DNA of 64,000 bases from an uncultured Rickettsiales bacterium (GTDB lineage: Bacteria > Pseudomonadota > Alphaproteobacteria > Rickettsiales > JALZUV01): assembly GCA_964654855.1 (NCBI GenBank), contig CAZZJS010000002.1, positions 15,285 through 79,284 of the forward strand, given 5' to 3'. Position 1 is the first letter of the stretch. Each line of letters opens with the position of its first letter. The notes below the pieces were generated by a model. It made no database searches and had not been told where the DNA came from. It saw nothing but the letters and a program-made list of their open reading frames with translations. Position numbers and translations under genes: made by a program. This document shows positions 27,220 through 34,784 of this stretch, in pieces.

Positions 27220-27882
27220 TTAAGCAGCAGACTTCTTCAAGAAAACACGATAAGCGGTTGCCTGTATCTCCAATTTTTGAGAGGCTACAGTTTCAGCAAA
27301 CCCCTTAAAAACACGAACTTTAGGCTGCTTAGAAAGAACATTCATGACCCGGTAGATTTGGAATTGCTTAGGATGCTTCTGGCAGGCATCCCACTCATTT
27401 GCTGAGAGATAGAAACCAAGTAGGCTACTGCCCTGCGTTGACTTCACTTCAATAAATATCTTCTCTCCCTCTTCTGTGAAAGAAGTAATATCCCACCCAA
27501 CAAACTCATTTTCAAAGCAATGCGCCCGGATCTGATCCGCTAAATCCTCTCGCCCTGCATTAATCAAGCGCTCTCTTTCAGATTTGAGGACATATTGCTC
27601 ACCATGAGTGCCAATTGCAGTCTTTGAGAGATCACCCTCTTGTTTCGGTTTCTTCTTGCTCAGCTCCTGCTTGATGTCATGCTCAGTGACATGCTCATAA
27701 ACTATGCTGATTTTTTGTTCTGGCTTTTGATGAACAATAATATCTTCAATGCTTGGAAAAAGAGGGTCCAGTACCATAGACTGATAAAATTCGACAATTT
27801 CGATTAAGTCCTTTTTGAAGCGCTCTTCATTTAGCGAAACCTTGAGATTACGCTTCCTCGCTCCCGACATCATCGAATCCAT
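27220..27882 (-). pseudogene. DUF3883 (NOV C-terminal, PD-(D/E)XK-like) domain protein, probably 5' truncated
   Basis: GEQYVLKSERERL..GWDITSF..IFIEVKST..FYLSANEW; its 5' end runs into a recombinase relic on the other strand. Confidence 0.7.
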
Positions 27883-27982
27883 TTTGAATGGAACTAATCC
27901 AACGCATTGGACCTATAAAAAACTCATCCGTGTTAAAGCTACAAATTGGGATGATCAGCGCCAACAACTTGGCAGCGCCTAA
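27842..27982 (+). pseudogene. 3' relic of a large serine recombinase (alphaproteobacterial island type)
   Basis: Translates LRLRFLAPDIIESILNGTNPTHWTYKKLIRVKATNWDDQRQQLGSA*, matching the remembered LRLAFLAPDIVEAIL.G.QP...W.EQR..LG terminus; not in the ORF track. Confidence 0.7.
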
Positions 27983-28071
27983 CTCTCCAACTCCTGCTCG
28001 TAAATCGCCAACAGAGAATATTGGCCTAATTGGCTCTGATTTTCTCCATTTTATCATTCTCTGGCAGGAGT

Positions 28072-28180
28072 TGTGGGGATAGTAGGCGCCGCAAGCGGCG
28101 CACACGCGGCGGCTCTGGTGAGCGACTCTTTGAATGTGTTGGAAACTAAGGAAACAGTGGCGAGACAGCCCGCCTAACAT
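28072..28180 (+). repeat. About 110-bp imperfect direct repeat, copy 1, with att-like core TGGCG-AGACAG (28158-28168)
   Basis: Aligns with 33790-33900; core resembles the tRNA-Ser 3' end TGGCGGAGAGACAG at 40112. Confidence 0.85.
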
Positions 28181-28231
28181 ACATCCATAATCGTTAATAG
28201 AAGCTAAATACCACATACCAATATCAAACAA

Positions 28232-28251
28232 TACTCATATATCTACTCATA
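28232..28251 (+). promoter_or_regulatory. Candidate integrase arm-type sites
   Basis: TACTCATA-n4-TACTCATA, same 12-bp period and similar distance from the core as the repeat at 33952. Confidence 0.45.
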
Positions 28252-28363
28252 AAAGCACTGGCTCTTAGTGCATTTTAATGGAATATATTGGATTCCAATC
28301 AGATAAAACCCTGTGCCCTCTTAACGCTTAGGGTTAGCGTGGTGCGGTGGGGTAAATTTAGGC

Positions 28364-28425
28364 AAAAGAAAACCCGCTCATCTGCACTCCTTATTAGGAG
28401 TGACCGGATAAACGGGGTTCTTTTT
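28364..28425 (-). terminator. Long stem-loop / intrinsic terminator downstream of the cargo gene
   Basis: Minus strand AAAAGAACCCCGTTTATC..CACTCC-TAATAA-GGAGTG..GATGAGCGGGTTTTCTTTT with G-U pairs and a U tract. Confidence 0.7.
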
Positions 28426-28436
28426 GGCAGTTTCTC

Positions 28437-28961
28437 TTACTTCACGTATAGTTTCCACTTGTAAGGAGTTTCCCTTTTTGCTTTGAGGTCTCTGACGTCT
28501 TTGTCAGTTACTTCTACAACTTGGAATATTAGCTCCCATTGCGTACAATACACTTCGTCGTTTAACGAAAGGCTGTTATCGGTGAAAAATTCTTCGTCAG
28601 GGAAATAAGCAATTAATACTCCTGCCATCAGCATTCCTTGAGCTGGGTATTTGCTTAAGTAGCTAATATGGAGAGCATTTGCAATTTCCTTTGCTTTCTT
28701 GTCTTGCTTCTCCTTTTCGAGGGCTTTTTCCTTTGCAATTTCCTTTGCTTTCTTGTCTTGCTTCTCCTTTTCGAGAGCTTTTTCCTTTGCAATTTCCTTT
28801 GCCTTGAGTGCTCGTTTTTGATTTCTCTTCAACAGAGTAATGATTAGCATAACTAGCATATATATTGCTAGAACCGCGAAACTAGCTTTAGGACGGTCGT
28901 TTCCAAGCAACATTAGGCTTAAGAGTGCAGTAAAAATTCCAAAAAAATTTACTTTTTTCAT
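28437..28961 (-). CDS. Hypothetical membrane protein with 18-aa tandem repeat
   Basis: Two N-terminal hydrophobic segments; (KAKEIAKEKALEKEKQDK)x2.3. Confidence 0.7.
   Translation of the reverse strand: MKKVNFFGIFTALLSLMLLGNDRPKASFAVLAIYMLVMLIITLLKRNQKRALKAKEIAKEKALEKEKQDKKAKEIAKEKALEKEKQDKKAKEIANALHISYLSKYPAQGMLMAGVLIAYFPDEEFFTDNSLSLNDEVYCTQWELIFQVVEVTDKDVRDLKAKRETPYKWKLYVK
28680..28802. repeat. 54-bp tandem repeat, about 2.3 copies
   Basis: TGCAATTTCCTTTGC recurs at 28680, 28734 and 28788. Confidence 0.95.
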
Positions 28962-29059
28962 AACTGGTTGTTTAAATAATTAGAAATAAATGTTCTTTTT
29001 ACATCTTCCCCGGCAGGTGAATAACGATAAACAGTCATGTATGAAATACAGGAAAACTC

Positions 29060-29183
29060 TAAAAATAGAGAAAAGAACCCTTGAATTATAACTGAAGCGA
29101 CTTCAAATAGCATGTTACAGTTCTGTTAAGATTTCTTCCAACAAACAGTAATCACGAAGTCATCTTCTAGCAGCAGGTCATCA
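29060..29183 (-). repeat. About 125-bp block A, inverted copy of 32616-32740
   Basis: Both copies read TGATGACC..GATGACTT..TTACTGTTTGTTGGA..TTAACAGAACTGTAACATG.TATTTGA..CTTCAGTTATAAT..GGTTCTTTTC. Confidence 0.9.
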
Positions 29184-29320
29184 GGGTGCTCTACATTGAA
29201 TCTAACTCTTGCCTCCTCCACACTTTCACCCACCTCACAGAACACAACCCTCACCCGCTCATGTGATGGGGTGATAGATTGCTCCAATTTATCCATACGG
29301 CGCTCTAATGGCTTGCTCAT
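29126..29320 (-). CDS. Small hypothetical protein of a phage-satellite-like module
   Basis: ATGA-coupled to the upstream ORF; its 3' end is conserved in the inverted copy at 32616. Confidence 0.6.
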   Translation of the reverse strand: MSKPLERRMDKLEQSITPSHERVRVVFCEVGESVEEARVRFNVEHPDDLLLEDDFVITVCWKKS

Positions 29321-29517
29321 GCCTGACTTCTTTCTCGTTCCTCTAATATAGCTGCTACTTCATCTTGCGTGTAAGAGCGCGTGATTATGTGAGGCACTTC
29401 TTCGACGGGAATACCTGAAGTCTCTGCCCAAAACTTCCTCATTTGCTCTCCCAACTCGATTTCTCTTCCGCGCGCAGATTCTAGCTGCTCTAACCGCTTT
29501 GATAGTTGCTTGCTCAT
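29317..29517 (-). CDS. Small hypothetical protein of a phage-satellite-like module
   Basis: ATGA overlaps on both sides; MSKQLSKRLEQLE coiled-coil start. Confidence 0.55.
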   Translation of the reverse strand: MSKQLSKRLEQLESARGREIELGEQMRKFWAETSGIPVEEVPHIITRSYTQDEVAAILEERERSQA

Positions 29518-30020
29518 AACTGCTTTCCTTCCAATGCTTCTATGCGTTTTTCTAGCTCACAGGCTTCTAATGAGCGCCTATGTAGCTCTAATAATGCTGC
29601 AACTGATTGTGCTTCATTTGGAGTTAGCTCTCCTTGTGACACCGCATCAATCAATGCAGCAATAGCGGTGGGCAAATCCTCCGCTGACTCAATGGCAGGA
29701 AGCCGGAATGATACGGGTGCATCTTTACGCGGTGGAAGGTCACCTGATTTACCTGCTCCTGGATAACAAAAACCCATTGGAAGAATGGCAATCTTTTGAA
29801 GATCATAAAAAACATTCTTATCAATGCCCATCCACTCGCGCAGACGATCTCCGCTAGGGTCATCAAATGGAATACCCGTTTTATGCACCTTACTGCCCGG
29901 TGCTTGGCCTGCGATTAGAATTTTGGCATTAGGGTGAATTTGCACGACGGGGCGTGCCCCCAAAGGCAAATGAGGTTCGCAGATGGTGCAGCTTTTTACT
30001 TCGTCTATGAGGTTCTGCAC
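29514..30020 (-). pseudogene. In-frame chimera: N-terminal half of a uracil-DNA glycosylase family protein + C-terminal half of a DUF5681-type protein
   Basis: CTIC..LPLGARPV..GQAPG..GIPFDDPSGDRLREWMG..PMGFCYPG..GDLPPR joined to KDAPVSFRLPAI..AVSQGELTPNEA..LEKRIEALE. Confidence 0.8.
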
Positions 30021-30044
30021 AAGGTTTAGGTTTGTTACCAGCTT

Positions 30045-31412
30045 CTACGGGCATCCTTTTCGCGTAATTTCACGCATAGTGACAAATTCTTCTGAGATCG
30101 TAGGATGTACACCAACGGTTCGATCAAATTCATGCTTTGTAGCTCCTGCCCGTAAAGCCACGCCTAGCATTTGAATAATTTCCCCTGCATCAGGCCCTAC
30201 CATATGTGCGCCAACCACTTTGTCGCTGCTTACATCTACAATGAGCTTCATTAGTATTTTTTCATTCATATCATCGGAGAGCCGGTATTTTGTGGGACCG
30301 AAGCTCGTCATATAAATATCAATATCGGAATATTGAGCACATGCTTCTTCTTCGGTTAGCCCAACTGTTCCAATTTGAGGCTGACAAAATACTGCCGTCG
30401 GCACGATAAAGTCGGAAATATTACGTTTTTTATTGCCGAAATGCGTATCAGCAAAAGCGCGGCCTTCATTAATGGCTACGGGGGTTAGATTGTGGTGCTT
30501 ATTGGTAGCGTCACCTACGGCATAGATATTTTCAACTGATGTTTGCTGCCACTCATCTACATCAATTTGGCCTCGTTCATCTAATTTAACCTTTGTGTTT
30601 TCTATCCCTAATTCGTCAAACATCGGAACTCGTCCTGTTGCAAACATGACTTGATCTACAGGCCAGTCCTTATTGTGATCGCACTTAAGAGTTAAACTGC
30701 TATCAGCATTTTTACTTACCGCAACGGGATTGGTGGTGGAGACTATCGTAATGCCTTTTTTCTCAAGCTCTGCTCTAACATGTTCTCGCACATCACGATC
30801 AAACCCATTAAGAACACGGTTTCTACGCACCATGAGTGTCGTTTCAACACCGAGACTGTGAAAGATACTAGCAAATTCAATGGCAATATAACCACCGCCA
30901 ACCACAATGATTTTTTCTGGTAGTGCATCTAGATGGAAAGCTTCATCGGAGGTAATCGCATGTTCTTTACCTTCAATATCAGGAACAAAAGGCTTACCAC
31001 CAACGGCAATAATAAATTTATCTGCTGTTATGTGCGTATCGCCGATGGCAACGGTGTGATTATCAATAAATCGTGCAAAGCCAGTATGGATATCCACCCC
31101 CGCTTTACCCAGCATTGTGTCATAGATACCGTTAAGGCGCTTGATCTCTTTAAAGGTATTCTCTTTCAAGGCTTCCCAATTAAACTTGGGCTTTTCAAAC
31201 TCCCAACCAAAGCTACGTGAAGTTGTAAATTCATCCGCACACATGGAAGCATACATATACCATTTTTTAGGCATACAGCCACGATTGACGCAGGTGCCAC
31301 CAAATTTATCACCTTCTGCAATACCTACTTTTGCACCAAGTGCCGCTGATGAGCGAGCAGCGGCTACACCACCTGAGCCGCCTCCAATAACGAATAGATC
31401 ATAATGGGTCAT
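30045..31412 (-). CDS. gor: Glutathione-disulfide reductase
   Basis: GGGSGG, GGTCVNRGCMPKK, VGGGYIAIEFA, PTAVF, VGVHPTISEEFVTM. Confidence 0.93.
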   Translation of the reverse strand: MTHYDLFVIGGGSGGVAAARSSAALGAKVGIAEGDKFGGTCVNRGCMPKKWYMYASMCADEFTTSRSFGWEFEKPKFNWEALKENTFKEIKRLNGIYDTMLGKAGVDIHTGFARFIDNHTVAIGDTHITADKFIIAVGGKPFVPDIEGKEHAITSDEAFHLDALPEKIIVVGGGYIAIEFASIFHSLGVETTLMVRRNRVLNGFDRDVREHVRAELEKKGITIVSTTNPVAVSKNADSSLTLKCDHNKDWPVDQVMFATGRVPMFDELGIENTKVKLDERGQIDVDEWQQTSVENIYAVGDATNKHHNLTPVAINEGRAFADTHFGNKKRNISDFIVPTAVFCQPQIGTVGLTEEEACAQYSDIDIYMTSFGPTKYRLSDDMNEKILMKLIVDVSSDKVVGAHMVGPDAGEIIQMLGVALRAGATKHEFDRTVGVHPTISEEFVTMREITRKGCP

Positions 31413-31849
31413 GTTTTTTCCTGTTTCTGAGCTTGTTTGATAAGTTCTTTTGTTTTCTCGCAGTTTAAAATCAGTTTTGAAGCGATGATAGATTCTTTTA
31501 CCAGATGATAAGCTCCCAAAATAACACTGATAATACCAATACCTGTGATTATTTTCGCCATATTTTGCTACAATAAAGCATCCCCCTCAGACACAAATCC
31601 AGTCACGCTTCCGATAAGTGCAGAGATTGCCAGTAATCCGATAGAAATGTAGAAAGCAACAAGCGCCTTGTGAAAGTGATAAGTACGCTTAACTAGTTTT
31701 TCGATATCCATCGCATGGATACGGTTCTGCGTTCTAACAATTTCGCGAATCAGAGAACTTACGTGAAACAAACGGGTAGCCGTTGATAAAACCAACATTG
31801 CTACACCGGGAATAAAGGTGAAAGGTATAATCCAACTACCAAATTCCAT
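31409..31849 (-). pseudogene. DUF2721-like membrane protein interrupted by one in-frame TAG (31568-31570)
   Basis: Frame continues after the TAG as QNMAKIITGIGIISVILGAYHLVKES... to a TGA that overlaps the gor ATG. Confidence 0.7.
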
Positions 31850-31888
31850 CTTATTTCATCCTTTTAATATTCTAACTTTAGCTAAAAG

Positions 31889-32326
31889 TTACGCTATAAC
31901 TGTTTCAACGCTGGCGCCACTTTTTAGAAGTTTTTGGATAGGGCATTTCTCTGCCATTTCTTTTAACGCCTCGCGCTCTTCATCGCTGGCATTACCTTCA
32001 ATAATAATTTCACGTGTAATGACAAGTTCATCATCTTCACGCTTCTGGCTAACGGCGACGTGCAAATTGTTTATTTCAAGACCTTTGACTTCAATGGCGA
32101 GACGCAATACCTGGATAGTACTTCTAGCAAGACTGACAAGTAGCAATTCAATTGGAGATAGCATTGTCGGTGCATCTTCAATTTCATCGTGCCCAACAGT
32201 ATAAAGAGATACGCGGTTTGTTGAAACCGTGATGTTATCTACTTCATTTAAGTCAGCACTCGCCAAAACGTTCCCTGAGCTCAACTCTTTTGGATCAATT
32301 GTAATGGTGTGGTGATGGTCGCTCAT
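31889..32326 (-). CDS. OsmC-family protein (first conserved Cys replaced by Ser)
   Basis: SPIELLLVSLARST, ITREIIIEG, AEKCPIQKLL. Confidence 0.8.
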   Translation of the reverse strand: MSDHHHTITIDPKELSSGNVLASADLNEVDNITVSTNRVSLYTVGHDEIEDAPTMLSPIELLLVSLARSTIQVLRLAIEVKGLEINNLHVAVSQKREDDELVITREIIIEGNASDEEREALKEMAEKCPIQKLLKSGASVETVIA

Positions 32327-32408
32327 AGTTCTACTTCCTTTATCATTCATTTAAAGAAAGGAAGCCTAGAGAGTTCCAGAAGCGTGAAGCCTTGCCTGCA
32401 CCTCGAGC

Positions 32409-32435
32409 TATCCATATCCATATCCATATCCATAT
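32409..32435. repeat. (TATCCA)4 simple sequence repeat
   Basis: tatccatatccatatccatatccatat upstream of the OsmC gene. Confidence 0.9.
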
Positions 32436-32615
32436 ATTAGATAGTATAAACTGTAATGGTGAGCAAAAAGTTAATAAATACACCACCAACTCCCCTTCCG
32501 AAAGCGGCAATAGAGAATATCGTCACGATCTGCAGGGAAACTCTCCGAATTCGTATTCTCTTATAGCACTCAAGGCTTTCGGAGAAGAATGCGGTTTAAT
32601 CTGACAACACCAAAG

Positions 32616-32740
32616 TGATGACCCACTGCTTGAGGATGACTTTATACTTACTGTTTGTTGGAGGAAAAACTTAACAGAACTGTAACATGTTATTTGAGGG
32701 GACTTCAGTTATAATCTGAAGGTTCTTTTCACTATCTTTA
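32616..32740 (+). repeat. Block A copy 2 (inverted relative to 29060-29183), with relic ORF end DDPLLEDDFILTVCWRK
   Basis: Direct alignment to the reverse complement of 29060-29183. Confidence 0.9.
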
Positions 32741-32857
32741 ATTTATTAAAGAAAGCTGTTTTCATCGCACTTGCGCTGTCGATTTATTCGTTTATTGCAA
32801 CTGCAATGATGTAAATAAGAACTACTAAAACATTTTTCAATAATCTTCTAAAAAACA

Positions 32858-33388
32858 ATGTTTATGAAAAACTTATTGTTCTTTGCGCTAATTCTTATGC
32901 TAACTTCATGCAGCAATTCTTTGAGAGTGACTCAAGAAACACCTCTCGAGATACTACCTTTAGAAAATGATAAATTTGAACAATCTCCAAAAGAGGTGTT
33001 CAATATTAACTTCATCTTCGTCGATGATAATCATGATGAAAGTGAGGAAGCTCTTTTAGGACACACCTATCAAGCTAAAGTAGAGAAATATGCTGGTTTA
33101 ACCGTCTGGCACGTAGGAGAAGGTCCTGTGTGGGGAAGCACTACATGGGTTCAAGATGACTCTGGTCGCTTGGGAAAAATCCTTGCACCAAATAGTTGGA
33201 GCACTTTTTTGGAAATTGCCAAAATGACATCACTACGGGAGGCGTTAGACTTAGTTTCTAAAATGAGCTTTCTTGATGGACATTTGATGCAAATGGACTT
33301 TTCAGGAAAGTATCTTAAATTAGGAATGGTCGGTGGCAGTCCTCACTTTGATTATTTCAAGGTGACGGAGGTTGCTAAAGGAAATTAG
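32858..33388 (+). CDS. Hypothetical lipoprotein
   Basis: MKNLLFFALILMLTSC lipobox; lies between blocks A and B. Confidence 0.7.
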   Translation: MFMKNLLFFALILMLTSCSNSLRVTQETPLEILPLENDKFEQSPKEVFNINFIFVDDNHDESEEALLGHTYQAKVEKYAGLTVWHVGEGPVWGSTTWVQDDSGRLGKILAPNSWSTFLEIAKMTSLREALDLVSKMSFLDGHLMQMDFSGKYLKLGMVGGSPHFDYFKVTEVAKGN

Positions 33389-33413
33389 CCTAAGCCCTAA
33401 GCTCTGCGCTTAG

Positions 33414-33490
33414 AAAAAGAAACCTTGCAAATTGCTTACGCTTTTGTGGGGTTTTCTTTTGTCTGAATTTAACCCAGCCGCATCACGCTA
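33414..33490 (+). repeat. Block B copy 2: terminator-like hairpin plus conserved tail, inverted relative to 28335-28425
   Basis: AAAAAGAAACC..GGGTTTTCTTTTGTCTGAATTTAACCCAGCCGCATCACGCTA vs AAAAAGAACCC..GGGTTTTCTTTTGCCTAAATTTACCCCACCGCACCACGCTA. Confidence 0.85.
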
Positions 33491-33506
33491 TTCACATAGT
33501 TCTCCT

Positions 33507-33791
33507 TCATTCAGTATTGCCTAATAGCTTAGAACTCTGCTTAAGCGCATAGGCAATAATGTAATCGGTAACATTGTGACTTACCGCATCTTCAATAAAT
33601 TGCTTCTTAATCTTAAATGGCCGACCTCCGAGCAGTAACTCTACCTCTCCGGTTTCTTTGATAGCGTCAAGAGAGCCACCAAATTGTTTGAGTACATTGG
33701 TGCTATCGAATGGTGCACCAATCGTTACTACCGCTTTTACATGCTCAATCTGTGCAGCAACTACTAACGTTGCTGCACCACCAAGACTATG
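33507..33791 (-). pseudogene. Internal fragment of an alpha/beta hydrolase (type usually fused to OsmC)
   Basis: HSLGGAATL..KAVVTIGAP..LLLGGRPFKIKKQFIED; truncated at the G-H-S-L-G-G elbow by the repeat. Confidence 0.75.
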
Positions 33792-33900
33792 TGGGTATGG
33801 TGAATGCCGCAAGCGGCGCACACGCCGCGGCTCTGGCGGGACGCTCTCTAAAGGTGTTGGAAACTAAGGAAACAGTGGCGGGAGACAGCCCGCCTAACAT
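33790..33900 (+). repeat. About 110-bp imperfect direct repeat, copy 2, with att-like core TGGCGGGAGACAG (33876-33888)
   Basis: Aligns with 28072-28180; GGCGGG-AGACAG-CCCGCC dyad. Confidence 0.85.
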
Positions 33901-34067
33901 TAACTACAAGCAATTGATAAATAATTATATTTATATCATTATCTTAGATAATACCCGCATATATACCCTGATTAACCTTGGTTGATATTGGATTTTAGTA
34001 GACTAGGCAGCTATTATTTAGATTCTGTTCAAGAGGATAGTTCAGGAACAAGAATCAAGGAATTCAA

Positions 34068-34784
34068 ATGCAAAAAACTTTAACGATACTCATCATCGCC
34101 ATACTCTTAACAGCCTGCAACGCGCAAAAAATGAAAATACGGAAAATCGAAAGAAGTTGCAACGAAACACACAGCAACTCAACTATGGAAGCCACACGCT
34201 GCGCCATAGATAAAATCAAATCAACAATGGTTCTAAACGAATCACAGTATGCGTTTTATGATTCGGCAGATGAAGCTCTACAGCTGGTCGAATCAGGAAA
34301 AATATCATTTAGCGAACTTGAAATTAAAACTAAAGAAATAGCTCAAATTAAATTATTAGAATTAAAAAGAGAACAAGACCTAGAACAAGCCAAAATCTCA
34401 GCTTATAAACTACAAGAAACAGTCTCTAAAAATGACGCAAAATGCAAAAGTTATGGCTTAAAAACAGGAACAGAAAGTTACGCCAACTGCCGCATACGAC
34501 TTGAACAAGTGAATAAAAGCAAAGTACCTGTTAAAACAAAGAGCCTCTCTGAGAGATTAAATGATTTTTCGAATGCTTTAGACGAAGATAAGAACTTTCA
34601 AAAAACTCGCCTAGAAGCAAAAGGGATATACCCTAATTCTCAAAATAACACACAGTGTGGCTTCAAATCCATTCCACCTTTTGGTTGCAAAGCTGATAGC
34701 GCTATTTGTATGTGTGGAAATAAAAGCAATCGCCTAGGCGTTAATTCATTAAATCAATGTGAATGGGTTTATACAAATTGTTAA
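34068..34784 (+). CDS. Hypothetical lipoprotein (cargo), Cys-rich C-terminus
   Basis: MQKTLTILIIAILLTAC lipobox; CGFKSIPPFGC..ICMC..CEWV. Confidence 0.7.
   Translation: MQKTLTILIIAILLTACNAQKMKIRKIERSCNETHSNSTMEATRCAIDKIKSTMVLNESQYAFYDSADEALQLVESGKISFSELEIKTKEIAQIKLLELKREQDLEQAKISAYKLQETVSKNDAKCKSYGLKTGTESYANCRIRLEQVNKSKVPVKTKSLSERLNDFSNALDEDKNFQKTRLEAKGIYPNSQNNTQCGFKSIPPFGCKADSAICMCGNKSNRLGVNSLNQCEWVYTNC

Noticed and set aside
27848-28231. 127-aa ORF containing CAACG as a zinc-ribbon protein
   Set aside because: It reads through the att repeat and the antisense of the recombinase relic. The second repeat copy does not preserve the frame.
32392-32604. 70-aa ORF with IHIHIHIHI as a metal-binding peptide
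   Set aside because: The pattern is produced by the (TATCCA)n repeat, with no other coding support.
29060-32740. Inverted blocks as terminal repeats of a composite transposon carrying gor
   Set aside because: No transposase or target-site duplication is seen, and the blocks contain relic coding sequence of an element core gene.
28072-33900. 110-bp repeat as group II intron domain V/VI or an IS end
   Set aside because: It does not fit the DV helix beyond a chance GAGCCG, and no RT or transposase is nearby. The match to the tRNA 3' end and the flanking arm-like sites explain it better.
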